DNA of 63,314 nucleotides, filler included, from Eubacteriales bacterium (GCA_045636665.1; 8 parts of 8 records of this genome joined end to end with filler, not necessarily neighbours in it); one strand, 5' to 3'. Counted from the first letter of the whole stretch, positions 27,519-38,062 are shown. Numbers and translations are program-made. The notes: generated by a model from the letters alone, not told the origin.

Positions 27519-28103
27519 ATGCTGTTGACGAAAAAGAAAAGCCTTTGTATCGAGGAAGCGACGGTTAAAAGGGAAGTGCAGGACGGTGAAATTTGTCTTG
27601 TCAAAATAAATCTTCGCTATCCTCGGCTCGATTGCGGAAAAAAAGACAGTATGCTGTTGTTTGCGAAGGATTTTTACAAAAATCTTGCGGAAGCGTTTGA
27701 AAATTATGCCGTTGACGAGCTTTCGAAAAAAGCGAAAGAGGTTTATAACGCAAATCCCGAAGAATTTGTCCCATTTTCGGCATTGATGAAATACGAGGTA
27801 ACGCGGCTTGACGAAAAATTTCTGTCGGTAATCACCGATATTTCGGTCTGCGACGGAGTTAATCCGCCGAGCATTGAGCGCAAAACGCAGGTTTGGGAGC
27901 GCGATTTCGGAACTAAATGCAAGGCGCAATACTTTATGCCGAAAAAGGAAATACAAAAAATGCTGACCGAGGCTTTGGGAAAGGACGAATCGAAGAAAAT
28001 CGACCTTGAGCTTTTCGTTATGCGAAAAGAAAATTTGGAATTTTTCCTGCGTGAAAACGGCAATTACAAATCGGTTGAGCTTTCTTTGCAAAAAATAGAG
28101 TAG
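27519..28103 (+). CDS. Hypothetical protein, DUF4163/PdaC-like
   Basis: INLRYPRL, YEVT.LDEKFLSV, TQVW pattern. Confidence 0.5.
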   Translation: MLLTKKKSLCIEEATVKREVQDGEICLVKINLRYPRLDCGKKDSMLLFAKDFYKNLAEAFENYAVDELSKKAKEVYNANPEEFVPFSALMKYEVTRLDEKFLSVITDISVCDGVNPPSIERKTQVWERDFGTKCKAQYFMPKKEIQKMLTEALGKDESKKIDLELFVMRKENLEFFLRENGNYKSVELSLQKIE

Positions 28104-28189
28104 AATCGCAATATTTTTCTTTACTTTTCGGAAATAGTTTGTTACAATACTGTTATAAAGAAAAACCTTCCGAAAAGGAGCTTTAAATT

Positions 28190-29245
28190 ATGAAACAGAT
28201 TCGCATTGCTATACTCGGTCAGGGCAGAAGCGGCCGCGATATTCACGGCTTGCATCTTAAAAAGGACACAGAACGCTTTAAGGTCGTTGCTGTAGTCGAC
28301 CAAATGGAAATTCGCCGCGAAAGAGCCGCAAAGGAATACGGCTGCGACGTTTATGCCGATTACAAGGAAATTTTAAACCGCGACGATATTGATCTTGTTG
28401 TTAACTCGCTTCCCAGTAATTTCCACTTTGCGGTAACAAAGGATCTTTTGGAGCACGGCTTTAACGTTCTTTGCGAAAAGCCCTTCGTTCCCACCGTTGA
28501 AGAATATGATATTCTCGTTGCTCTTGCAGAAAGCAAGGGTCTTAAGCTTCTTGTTTTCCAACAAAGCCGTTTCGCTAACTATTTCCTTAAGGTAAAGGAA
28601 GTTATCGCATCGGGCGAATTGGGAAGAATCGTTCACATCGGTATCCAGTTCAACAACTTCGCAAGACGTTGGGACTGGCAGTGCTGTCTTGATCTTAACG
28701 GCGGTAACCTTGCAAACACAGGTCCTCACCCGCTTGACCAAGCGCCTAACCTTTTGGATTATTATGACGGAATGCCTACCGTATTCAGCCATATGGACCG
28801 TTGCAACACCTTCGGCGATGCAGAAGACTATTGCAAGCTTATCCTCAAGGCGCCCAACAGACCTATCATCGACCTCGATATTTCCTCGTGCGATGCTTAT
28901 CCCGCTTATACCTATAAGGTAGAAGGCACTCGCGGTACTCTTAAGGGCAATATGGCGCATATCGATTGGAAGTTCTTTAAGGAAGAAGAAGCGCCCGAAC
29001 AGCACCTTATCCGCGAATCGCTCACAATGGGCGAAGAAAAGCTTCCCGCATACTGCGGCGAATCTCTTACCTGGTATGAAAAATCCTGGGACGGCGACCC
29101 TCAAGCACCCTTTATTGCAGCTGTTCAAACCTATTACGATCAAATTTATGCCCTCTTTACCGAAGGCAGAGAACACGATATCAAGCTTTATCAGGTTCGC
29201 CAACAGCTCGCAATCATCCGCGAAGCACACAACCAGAATTTCTAA
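28190..29245 (+). CDS. Gfo/Idh/MocA family oxidoreductase
   Basis: GQGRSG, VLCEKP, GGNL.NTGPH.LD. Confidence 0.9.
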   Translation: MKQIRIAILGQGRSGRDIHGLHLKKDTERFKVVAVVDQMEIRRERAAKEYGCDVYADYKEILNRDDIDLVVNSLPSNFHFAVTKDLLEHGFNVLCEKPFVPTVEEYDILVALAESKGLKLLVFQQSRFANYFLKVKEVIASGELGRIVHIGIQFNNFARRWDWQCCLDLNGGNLANTGPHPLDQAPNLLDYYDGMPTVFSHMDRCNTFGDAEDYCKLILKAPNRPIIDLDISSCDAYPAYTYKVEGTRGTLKGNMAHIDWKFFKEEEAPEQHLIRESLTMGEEKLPAYCGESLTWYEKSWDGDPQAPFIAAVQTYYDQIYALFTEGREHDIKLYQVRQQLAIIREAHNQNF

Positions 29246-29253
29246 TAAAATGC

Positions 29254-29284
29254 AAAAAGCAGGACTTTGCAGTCCTGCTTTTTT
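29254..29284. terminator. Bidirectional terminator
   Basis: AAAAAGCAGGACT/AGTCCTGCTTTTT. Confidence 0.8.
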
Positions 29285-29285
29285 G

Positions 29286-30785
29286 TTATGCGTAAAATAC
29301 GGGTGTTGGCTCGTTATAATTAAATTTCCGTATTATTCCATCGTCGCCGATAAGCGCTTTTAATTCATCGCGTTCATAAAGCGTTGCCGAGCCGTCGGGG
29401 TTGACGACGTAATAAGCATCGTCCTCGACATATTCGTCGTCGTTGCACCAAAGTGTCCAATATATTCGCACCACGCCGTATACGGCATCTCCGTTCTTAA
29501 CGTATTTTCCGGACACACGGCGCGAGCCCAATTCAAGCGACGATGCGTTTTCGGTGTGGCTTGGTATAAGCGAGTCAAAATTAAAATTTTTCATAAAGCG
29601 TCCGATATCGGGCGCGTTTTTAATATCGTCATTCGAAAACCTTACTCCCGAATCGACAACGCCTTCGCTTTCAAGCGTTGAAACGAATATTTTTTCGTTG
29701 GTAAAAAAGCCGTTGATTATACGGACGAAGCTTGTTGAATCGACCGAAAATTCGTGTTGGGCGAAATATCCGTTTTCGAACGGCTCGACGTATTCAAAAG
29801 CCTCGTCGGCTCCGTCAACCGTAAAATCCGATTTAAGAGTAAAGCGTTGCTGTTGATTATCGTAAGTATCGCTTAAGAGGTTAACGAACTCTTTTAACTT
29901 TTCAATCGTTACCTCAAGCGAATTTTTTTGCTTTATAGGGCAATCGTACTCGTTTTCAATGTCGCCCTGCATAGAGTGTTCAAGAAAATATTTGTCGCCG
30001 ACAAAGCCCTTTTTGTCAAAAAGACTTGTATCGCACTTGCCGTCGGTATAAGCGATAACGCTGCCCTGCATTATATGGTCAAAAACGAGGTTTTCAAACG
30101 CTTCCACACGTTTTTTTTCGCGGTTTATAAGAACCATTTTGCCAACCCCTGCTTGACGGAATGCGAAAATAATATCATCGTATTCGCGAAGATCGGGATC
30201 TCTTGAGCCGTGAAGCAGATAATAAAGCTCGTTCGGTACGTTTTCGCCGACGATAACCTCTTTAACCGTCAGCTTCAATACGCGATATCCCCATTTCGAG
30301 GTAAGGTCGCCCGGATAAACGTAGGTGTCGGGCATAAAGCTCTCTACCTTTGCGACAACGATCATACCGTTGGGGTATAGACTGTAAAGCGAATCCGGCT
30401 TGTTCGCCGAAGGACCGGAGGATGACGGCTCGTTAATAACTTTGTCGTAATTATCGATAAAGACCGAGTTATCTTCGCCGACAACGTAATTATCGCCGCT
30501 TGAAATCGTATCGTCGGAGACGTCGGGGGCGGATGTGTCGGGGGTGGAGGTGTTGGGCGTGGAAATTTTGGAGTCGCTTACGCTTGGTATTTCGGGAGAT
30601 TCGGAATATATTGCGGCAAGCACCGAACCGATAATAACACAAAAGCAAGCGGCGATTGCTGTTATTTTTAAAATCAACGGCTTGTAGGATTGCTTTTGCG
30701 AAAGCCGATTATCGATTTCATTGAATCGTTCAAGTAATTCATCGTCGATTTGACCGACCGATTTAATAAATAATTTTTTGCTCAT
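29286..30785 (-). CDS. Putative anti-sigma factor (single TM, large extracellular domain)
   Basis: GQIDDELLE N-terminus, AACFCVII TM, overlaps the ECF sigma stop. Confidence 0.65.
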   Translation of the reverse strand: MSKKLFIKSVGQIDDELLERFNEIDNRLSQKQSYKPLILKITAIAACFCVIIGSVLAAIYSESPEIPSVSDSKISTPNTSTPDTSAPDVSDDTISSGDNYVVGEDNSVFIDNYDKVINEPSSSGPSANKPDSLYSLYPNGMIVVAKVESFMPDTYVYPGDLTSKWGYRVLKLTVKEVIVGENVPNELYYLLHGSRDPDLREYDDIIFAFRQAGVGKMVLINREKKRVEAFENLVFDHIMQGSVIAYTDGKCDTSLFDKKGFVGDKYFLEHSMQGDIENEYDCPIKQKNSLEVTIEKLKEFVNLLSDTYDNQQQRFTLKSDFTVDGADEAFEYVEPFENGYFAQHEFSVDSTSFVRIINGFFTNEKIFVSTLESEGVVDSGVRFSNDDIKNAPDIGRFMKNFNFDSLIPSHTENASSLELGSRRVSGKYVKNGDAVYGVVRIYWTLWCNDDEYVEDDAYYVVNPDGSATLYERDELKALIGDDGIIRKFNYNEPTPVFYA

Positions 30786-31363
30786 AAATCGATTCCTCCT
30801 TCATTCAGTTTTTGTAAAAGCTCGTCCTTGATCGCCCTTATTTCCTTATTTACCGACGATTCACTGCAGCTCATCTTGATTGCAATGTCCTTTATCGGCA
30901 TCGCAAAGTAATATCTGCTTATGAAAATATAAAGTCTTTTATCGTTGGTATGCTTTAAGTAATCGCTGATGATTCTGCCGATTTCTTTGGCTTCCAATTC
31001 CTCGTCGACGGTCTTTTTGTCGGAAAGAAATTCTTCGAAATCCGAAAGTGAATCGGACATTTCGGTCGGTATTCTTTTTAAGCGCTTTGCTTCGTCATAT
31101 CGGTCAAATGCAAGATTTCGCGTGATTTTTGCAAGAAAAAGCTTCAACGCCTTGGGTATTGTCGGCGGTATCGCGTTCCAAGTGCGATAATAGGTATCGT
31201 TTAGACATTCGTCACAATCGGATTCGTTGCACAAAACGTTATAGGCGACCGAAAAAAGATATTGGCGGTATTTTCTGTCGGTTTCGTTTATTGCCGTCTC
31301 GTCGCGGTCGAAATAAAGCTTTATTATCGCTTCGTCGGATAAAAAATTTTTTTCGTCTTTCAT
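30782..31363 (-). CDS. ECF RNA polymerase sigma factor
   Basis: DECLNDTY..WN.IPP..P, RNLAFD, region 4 IKDIA. Confidence 0.9.
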   Translation of the reverse strand: MKDEKNFLSDEAIIKLYFDRDETAINETDRKYRQYLFSVAYNVLCNESDCDECLNDTYYRTWNAIPPTIPKALKLFLAKITRNLAFDRYDEAKRLKRIPTEMSDSLSDFEEFLSDKKTVDEELEAKEIGRIISDYLKHTNDKRLYIFISRYYFAMPIKDIAIKMSCSESSVNKEIRAIKDELLQKLNEGGIDL

Positions 31364-31523
31364 AACGCACCTCCCGTTACCCTATAAGACGGCAAAATTA
31401 CAAAAAACTGTATTGTTTTTTATATTTTATTTTATCATATCAAAATAAAAAAATAAACCATTCTCTTTTCTTTTGCATAAAATGGTTACAAGGTAGGTCA
31501 TTATATATACGGAGTGATGCTTT

Positions 31524-32555
31524 ATGGAATATTTTGCGGCAAGTAATACGCGCAACGGCTTTAAATCGCTTTTCGACGAATGCTTTAAAAACGTTACAAG
31601 ACTTTTTATACTTAAGGGCTCGAGCGGATGCGGAAAGTCGACTTTTATGCGGAGGATTGCGGGTAAAGCCGAGCAGTTGGGTTATACGACCGATATTATA
31701 CGCTGTTCGAGTGACCCCGATTCGCTCGACGGCGTAATCGTACACGACACGGGTGTCGCGGTGGTCGACGGTACTTCTCCGCACATTATGGACGTTAAAT
31801 ATCCCTGCGTGCGCGAAAGCATAATAAATCTCGGCGAGTTTTGGGACGAGAAAAAGATATTGCTTCATAAAAGCGAAATAATTTCGTTTACCGATAAAAA
31901 GGGTGAGCACTATAAAAACGCATACCGCTGTCTTTCGGCAATGGGTAATGCCGAGGATATAAAACGGCAAATCGTTCAAACGTCGATAATATCCGATAAA
32001 TCCGACGAAACGGTTTTTTCGATAGCCGAAAGGGCAATAGAAGGTCACGGAGATGAAACAAAGCTTTTCACCTCGGCGTTTACTTCAAACGGAATCAAGG
32101 TTATTCCTACCTTCGGCAGGGTGAAAAGGCTTTACCGCATAAGCGGCTATGCATCGTTTTATCTTTTAAATTCGCTTTACGGAATCGCGCGTGAAAGAGG
32201 TGCTGAAATGACCGTTTCGCTTGCAACGCCCGACCCGTCGATGCCCGATTCGCTTTATTTTCCCTCGACCGATACGCTTGTTACTCTGCTTCAAAATCCG
32301 CCGTTGCATTCCTTTGAGGAAGAGAAAAACATTTCCTGCGCGAAATTCACAAACACTGACATTCTTTCAAGCTGTCGCGTGCGGTTGAAGGGACTCGACC
32401 GAATTATCAACGAGCTTTCGCTTGAAGCGAAAAACGAGCTTTCACACGCAAAGGAAATGCACGACCGTATTGAAAGCATTTATATCAACGCAATGAATTT
32501 CAGCCTTTTGGACGAATATACGCTTTTGTTTATAAAAAAGCTTTTCGGGGAATAA
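31524..32555 (+). CDS. P-loop ATPase, PRK06851-like
   Basis: YFAASNT..GF.S, LKGSSGCGKST, CSSDPDSLDG, DGTSPH. Confidence 0.8.
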   Translation: MEYFAASNTRNGFKSLFDECFKNVTRLFILKGSSGCGKSTFMRRIAGKAEQLGYTTDIIRCSSDPDSLDGVIVHDTGVAVVDGTSPHIMDVKYPCVRESIINLGEFWDEKKILLHKSEIISFTDKKGEHYKNAYRCLSAMGNAEDIKRQIVQTSIISDKSDETVFSIAERAIEGHGDETKLFTSAFTSNGIKVIPTFGRVKRLYRISGYASFYLLNSLYGIARERGAEMTVSLATPDPSMPDSLYFPSTDTLVTLLQNPPLHSFEEEKNISCAKFTNTDILSSCRVRLKGLDRIINELSLEAKNELSHAKEMHDRIESIYINAMNFSLLDEYTLLFIKKLFGE

Positions 32556-32601
32556 ACGGGGAACAAAGGACATATATATCAACCGAGAGGAATGATATTA
32601 T

Positions 32602-33045
32602 ATGGAACGAACAAAAAGAACCAACCCGATGAACGGTAATGAAAGCAGATTCCTTTTGCCGTCTGTAATCGGCGGACTTGTCGGCTTGTGTGTAACGGTT
32701 GCGCTTTTACTTGTTTTGCCGTTTGCGATTTTGGGGTTTGAGGACCCGAATTCTTTCGTTTTGCCGTCGGTTTGCCTTTGCACGCTTGTCGGAAGCGCTG
32801 TCGGCGGATTTTTTGCGGTTTCGAAATGCAAGGATACCGCCGTTCTTTCGGCGTTGACCTCGTTTGCCACTGTGATTTTGCCGATAGCTTTGATTTCGTT
32901 TTTCGTATCGGGCGAAATCCGAGTCGCTTTGATAATTGCGGTTCCGATGTCTGCATTGGCAGGAAACGGTTTGGTCGCCTTGGCGGTTACGAGGCTTTCA
33001 AAAAGCAAAAAACGCAAAATGAAAAACGCGATGAAAAGACGTTAA
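32602..33045 (+). CDS. Small four-TM membrane protein (TIGR04086-like)
   Basis: Hydrophobic helices, basic C-terminal tail. Confidence 0.55.
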   Translation: MERTKRTNPMNGNESRFLLPSVIGGLVGLCVTVALLLVLPFAILGFEDPNSFVLPSVCLCTLVGSAVGGFFAVSKCKDTAVLSALTSFATVILPIALISFFVSGEIRVALIIAVPMSALAGNGLVALAVTRLSKSKKRKMKNAMKRR

Positions 33046-33112
33046 CAAATATTAACTTGATTTTCGTTTACCCTTATGTTATCATATAAAAAACAAAAGT
33101 AAGGGGAAAGCG

Positions 33113-33472
33113 ATGAAGCTCTTGGAATCGGGCGAAATGTATCTTGAAGCGGTATACATTTTGTCGAAGGAACTCACAACGGTCCGTGCGATCGATATAT
33201 GCGACTATCGCGGCGTTTCTAAGCCGAGCGTTTCGCGCGCTGTCGGCCTTTTGAAAGAGGGCGGATATCTTAACGTCGGCGCAGACGGCGGATTGACTCT
33301 TACCGAAAGCGGTATAAGCGTTGCCGAAAAGATTTATGAACGGCATACGGTGCTTACGAAGTATCTTATTTCGCTCGGTGTTTCGGAAGACGTTGCGTCG
33401 GAGGATGCCTGCAAGATAGAGCATATTATAAGCGATGAAACCTTTAAAGCGATTAAAAGCAATTTAAAATAA
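33113..33472 (+). CDS. DtxR/MntR family metal-dependent regulator
   Basis: EMYLEA, SKPSVSRA, YERH, DACKIEH. Confidence 0.9.
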   Translation: MKLLESGEMYLEAVYILSKELTTVRAIDICDYRGVSKPSVSRAVGLLKEGGYLNVGADGGLTLTESGISVAEKIYERHTVLTKYLISLGVSEDVASEDACKIEHIISDETFKAIKSNLK

Positions 33473-33800
33473 AAAACAGACCGCTGATAAACGGTCTGTT
33501 TACGCCCTTGAAAGAAAACAGCACAAAAAAAGTGTACTTTCGTCAAATTTGAAAGTGCACTTGCTTTTTTATAAGAAATTTTTGATTTTTATTGTATTTT
33601 CAAGGGCTTTGAAGAAAAACTTCGACTGCCTTACTTTTGTAAGCCGACGCTCGTTTTTCTTCAAAAACAGTCACATTTCTCTCGGTCTGCAAATTGTTGC
33701 ATCGGCGTTTTCGTCGGTGCATTTTTTTACCTTGCATATATGACCGTCTTTTGCGCAAATTAAACTTGATGAAAATCAAAAACAAGACAAGAGGTATTTA

Positions 33801-34853
33801 ATGAACTGCAAATTCAACAAAAGATTTTTTGCGTTGTTGGTTGCTTTTCTGATCGTTTTTACACTGTCGGCTTCGGCTGCGGCAAAAACCGATTCCTATG
33901 AGCTCATACCGGGCGGTATGGCTTTCGGGGTCAAATTTTTTACCGACGGCTGTGTCGTTATCGGCACAACGGGTGTCGAAGCGGCATCGGGACTTTGTTC
34001 GCCTGCGAAGGATGCGGGACTTGAAGCGGGCGATATAATAATCCGTGCAGGCGGCAGAGAATTTGAAACGGCGGAGGAGCTTGTAAGCCTTATTGCGGGA
34101 TGCGGCGGCAGGGCAATAGCTATCGCTTATATACGCGACGGGAAGGAAAATACCGTCAACGTAACACCGGTGCGCGATAACGAAAACGGAACCTATCGAA
34201 TCGGCGTGCTTGTGCGCGATTCGACCGCGGGCATTGGAACGGTTACCTATATTGACCCGAAAACCAACGATTTCGGCGGTTTAGGTCACGGTGTTTACGA
34301 TTCCGAAAGCTCTATCCTTCTTCCGCTTGCGCGCGGCGCTGTTGTTAACGTGAATATAAACGAGGTAATCAAAAGCTATCCTAATTCGCCCGGTGAGCTT
34401 CGCGGAAGCTTCGATAACGTGGCAATAGGAGAGCTTTGGGACAATTGCGAGCAGGGTGTTTTCGGAAGCTTTTCGCAAATCCCCAAAACCGACAGAGCAC
34501 CAATCCCCGTGGCAAGCAGAGATGAGGTAACCGAGGGCGAGGCGACTATTCTTACAACCCTTTCAAGCGGTGCGATAGGGGAATACGGAATAGAGATCGA
34601 GAAGATTTATAAAAGCTCGGGCGATACGAAAAATTTTCTTATCCGCGTAACCGATAAAAGCCTTATCGACCAAACGGGTGGAATCGTGCAGGGTATGTCG
34701 GGCAGTCCGATTATCCAAAACGGCAAGCTTGTCGGCGCGGTAACACACGTGATAGTTAACGACCCAACGAGAGGCTACGGCATTTTTATTGAAAATATGC
34801 TCAATTCGGCATACGGCGAGAATGTATGGAGCATCGTTGGCACAGCGGCATAA
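33801..34853 (+). CDS. spoIVB: SpoIVB peptidase S55
   Basis: PDZ domain; VRDSTAGIGT.T; TGGIVQGMSGSPIIQNGKLVGAVTHV. Confidence 0.95.
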   Translation: MNCKFNKRFFALLVAFLIVFTLSASAAAKTDSYELIPGGMAFGVKFFTDGCVVIGTTGVEAASGLCSPAKDAGLEAGDIIIRAGGREFETAEELVSLIAGCGGRAIAIAYIRDGKENTVNVTPVRDNENGTYRIGVLVRDSTAGIGTVTYIDPKTNDFGGLGHGVYDSESSILLPLARGAVVNVNINEVIKSYPNSPGELRGSFDNVAIGELWDNCEQGVFGSFSQIPKTDRAPIPVASRDEVTEGEATILTTLSSGAIGEYGIEIEKIYKSSGDTKNFLIRVTDKSLIDQTGGIVQGMSGSPIIQNGKLVGAVTHVIVNDPTRGYGIFIENMLNSAYGENVWSIVGTAA

Positions 34854-34857
34854 AATT

Positions 34858-34885
34858 AAGACGGTGCTTTTGCACCGTCTTTTTT
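34858..34885. terminator. Terminator after spoIVB (related copy at 36859-36877)
   Basis: AAGACGGTGC/GCACCGTCTT followed by a T run. Confidence 0.8.
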
Positions 34886-34886
34886 G

Positions 34887-35777
34887 TTAATATTCAATTC
34901 TGAAATAATCTAAATAGCTTTTGAACTTATCCTGTGCGGAGAGGCAGGTGTCGATCAAATATCCCTTTTCGTTATCCCATTCCTTTAATCCGCGATAATA
35001 GAACATCTTGATCTCATCCTCAATAATGAAAGGAACTATATTATGCTTTAAGCATTCTTTAAACATAATCAACCTTCCGACGCGTCCGTTTCCGTCCTGA
35101 AAGGGATGGATGCGCTCAAACCGAACGTGAAAATTGATTATATCTTCAAGCGTTATGCAGCTTTTTTCGTTATACTCTGTCAATAATCTTTTCATTGCAT
35201 CGGGAACTTTTTCGGGAAGAGTCGTTTCATTTCCGCCAACCTCGTTGGGCAAAATTTTATAGTTGCCAACGGAGAACCAAGACTTCGTTGCATCGCAGGT
35301 TCCGGTTTTTAGTATCAAGTGCAATCGCTTTATCAGCTTTTCGGAAAGTTTGGAGTTTGCATTCTCGATTATTTCATCTATGCAACGGAAGTGATTCGTA
35401 GTTTCTATAATATCGTCAACTCTCACGCTTTGATCGGAAATACCTATCGTGTTTGTTTCGAAAATATATCTCGTCTGGTCGTGAGTCAATCGGCTTCCCT
35501 CAATATGATTGGAATTGTACGTCAATTCTATCTGAGTCTTATGGTAAATGCCGCCCTTGATCTGTGACGATCTTTCTTCTTTTAATATGTCAAGCAAGGT
35601 TCTTTTGGAATGAGTGCTTTTGTTGATCCTTTCGGGTTTTACTGCAGTTTCAGGCACGTTCCAGGTTTTACCCGTGAGAAACGCACCGTCAATGCGCCCC
35701 TCGGTGCAGTAATTACGGACGCTTCGCTCGGATAAATTCCATTTTTTTGCCGTTTCGGCAACGGAAAGATATTTCAT
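34887..35777 (-). CDS. Fic family protein with N-terminal HTH
   Basis: HPFQDGNGRVGR Fic motif; SNHIEGS inhibitory motif; GGAGG RBS before ATG 35777. Confidence 0.9.
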   Translation of the reverse strand: MKYLSVAETAKKWNLSERSVRNYCTEGRIDGAFLTGKTWNVPETAVKPERINKSTHSKRTLLDILKEERSSQIKGGIYHKTQIELTYNSNHIEGSRLTHDQTRYIFETNTIGISDQSVRVDDIIETTNHFRCIDEIIENANSKLSEKLIKRLHLILKTGTCDATKSWFSVGNYKILPNEVGGNETTLPEKVPDAMKRLLTEYNEKSCITLEDIINFHVRFERIHPFQDGNGRVGRLIMFKECLKHNIVPFIIEDEIKMFYYRGLKEWDNEKGYLIDTCLSAQDKFKSYLDYFRIEY

Positions 35778-35796
35778 TATATCACCTCCGCTTGTT

Positions 35797-35863
35797 ATTA
35801 TAACATCGTATCGGCAAAAAGTCAACCGAAAGAGCTCGGAAATTGTCGATAATTTTGCCGATA
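35797..35863 (-). promoter_or_regulatory. fic promoter with TTGCCGATA operator repeats
   Basis: TTGACT-17nt-TATAAT on the minus strand; inverted repeat TATCGGCAAAA (35809-35819) / TTTTGCCGATA (35853-35863). Confidence 0.55.
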
Positions 35864-35963
35864 ACGGTAAGATTTGTTTTGGTTCCGATTTTTTATTGCC
35901 CTTGTGTTTTTTATATATCTGTGCTATACTGTTTGCGCATTTATCAACTATGAGGTCTATCTT

Positions 35964-36416
35964 ATGTGTTTTATATGCCAACGAATCGAACAGATAAAAA
36001 ACGGAAGCAATCGGTATTTTGTTAAAGAATTGGAAACCGGTTACGTCGTTTTGGGCGATCATCAGCATTTTGAAGGATATACCATATTTATATGCAAAGA
36101 GCATAAAACCGAACTGTTCGAATTAGAAACATCCTTCAGGCTTGAATTTCTTGATGAAATGTCGAGGGTTGCCAAAGCGGTCGGAAAAGCGTTTTTTGCC
36201 GAAAAGATGAATTATGAATTGTTGGGCAACGGAGATACACATCTGCATTGGCATTTATTCCCGAGGAAGAGCGGAGATATTGAAAGCTACGGAAACAACG
36301 GAAAAGGTCCTGTTTGGTGGTATCCTGCCGAGAAGATGTATGATGACAAAAACATACCTTCCGACGAAAAATTGGCAGAAATGAAAGAGAGGCTTTTAAA
36401 GGAGCTGTGCGAATAG
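35964..36416 (+). CDS. HIT family protein
   Basis: MCFIC start; HLHWH triad. Confidence 0.9.
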   Translation: MCFICQRIEQIKNGSNRYFVKELETGYVVLGDHQHFEGYTIFICKEHKTELFELETSFRLEFLDEMSRVAKAVGKAFFAEKMNYELLGNGDTHLHWHLFPRKSGDIESYGNNGKGPVWWYPAEKMYDDKNIPSDEKLAEMKERLLKELCE

Positions 36417-36854
36417 ATGGTACGTGAGATCAATGAAAACGAACTTAATGAGATTTTGGCTTTGTATACTCATCTGCACGAAATCGATATTCCCGAAATG
36501 ACCGAGCAACTAAAAAACATTTGGGATCAAATAATTGAGGACAAAAATCACCACATTATTGTTAACGAGGTAGACGGAAAAATCGTTTCTTCTTGTGTTT
36601 GCATCATTATACCTAATTTGACGCGGAATCTAAGACCGTATGCCTTCGTTGAAAACGTTGTTACGCATTCCGCTTTTCGCAGGAACGGATATGCTACCGA
36701 ATGCCTGAACTACGCAATAAGCATTGCCGAGAGAGAAAACTGCTATAAAATCATGCTGATGACAGGCGCGAAAGACGATGAAACGCTGAGCTTTTACCGC
36801 AAAGCAGGGTTTAACAGCGACGATAAAACCGCGTTTATACGATGGCTTAAATAG
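36417..36854 (+). CDS. GNAT acetyltransferase
   Basis: VENVVT..FRRNGYA; FYRKAGF. Confidence 0.9.
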   Translation: MVREINENELNEILALYTHLHEIDIPEMTEQLKNIWDQIIEDKNHHIIVNEVDGKIVSSCVCIIIPNLTRNLRPYAFVENVVTHSAFRRNGYATECLNYAISIAERENCYKIMLMTGAKDDETLSFYRKAGFNSDDKTAFIRWLK

Positions 36855-36889
36855 AAAAAAGACGGTTGCACCGTCTTGTTTGTTTGCAA

Positions 36890-38056
36890 TTAAATATCGC
36901 TCTTGATATTTCCGTAATACCAGCCGACGATTCCGCTTTTCTTTGCAAGGATTCCGCGGTTGGTTTTTCTTATTACCGATAATTCATCACCTGCGTTTAC
37001 TTCCAGACGATGGTCGGTGCAGGATGATGCTTCGGCAATATTGCCGACGGAGATTTGATTTTGATCCCAAATATAATCGGTGGGCAACCAAAATACTCTT
37101 CCGCTTTTTATATGCTCTATTTCAACGGCGGTTTCTTCGATGCAGAGTATACGCACCTCGTTATCGCCCCAGCAAATATTAACGCTCGTTTCCGAAGCCG
37201 ACTGTGAGTCGAGAGCGATGCAGGTGTCAAGTCCGTCGTAATAGATATGCTCTATCTCGTTCGTTTCGCAATTGATATTCGGCATTATCAGCAGATTCAA
37301 TTGTCCGTCGCGGTTGGTTCCGCAACCGCCGTCGATAGATATTACGTTTATGTCTTTGTCAAAATGCGGATTCATATTTCGCATTTCGCGGCTGTTATTG
37401 ACGACCGGCCAATGACCGACAACGATATTTCTTTTGAATTTCAAGCCGTTTTCACGCACGAAATCCGAAAAGCGGTCGAATTTAAGACATTTGTGACGGT
37501 CTTTTTTGCAGTCGGGGATTTGCAAAAAATCCGATTCCGATTCATAAATTCCGCCGTGTATAAAAATATATTTGTCCGAAACGAGCATTGTCGGAAGCTC
37601 GCGCATAAAATCAAGCTCTGCTTTGAAGTGCGATTTTATTTTGTTTAGCAACTCCAAAACCGCTTCTGCGGTCTGAGGGACTCCGCCAAGCTCTTTTGCC
37701 ATTTCGTCAAAAAGCGACGTTCCGACCCAATTGCGCATATATATCAGATAATCCAAAAACGATTTTGCCGAATCGAGGTCGGGTATATTATCCAACTGCC
37801 ACAAAAAACGGTTGTCGACGTTGCCCGTTAAAACGGTCGCGCGGCGCTCTTGGCAAAGCTTCATAAGAAAGCGGATCGCGTTAAGACTGTCGGGCCCTTT
37901 TTCCACCATATCGCCGATGACGATTAAGAAATCGTTGCCGCCGAAGCTTGCTTTATCAAGCGCTCTTAACAGATATGCAAAATGACCGTGAATATCGCTT
38001 GTGACCAACACACGGCCTTCCGACGGTTTCATATATACAGTTTTAAAATTTTCCAT
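36890..38056 (-). CDS. Calcineurin-like metallophosphoesterase with C-terminal SH3-like region
   Basis: SDIHG, GDMVEKG, GN, HGG, VGHW, IDGG. Confidence 0.85.
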   Translation of the reverse strand: MENFKTVYMKPSEGRVLVTSDIHGHFAYLLRALDKASFGGNDFLIVIGDMVEKGPDSLNAIRFLMKLCQERRATVLTGNVDNRFLWQLDNIPDLDSAKSFLDYLIYMRNWVGTSLFDEMAKELGGVPQTAEAVLELLNKIKSHFKAELDFMRELPTMLVSDKYIFIHGGIYESESDFLQIPDCKKDRHKCLKFDRFSDFVRENGLKFKRNIVVGHWPVVNNSREMRNMNPHFDKDINVISIDGGCGTNRDGQLNLLIMPNINCETNEIEHIYYDGLDTCIALDSQSASETSVNICWGDNEVRILCIEETAVEIEHIKSGRVFWLPTDYIWDQNQISVGNIAEASSCTDHRLEVNAGDELSVIRKTNRGILAKKSGIVGWYYGNIKSDI

Positions 38057-38062
38057 ATTGAT

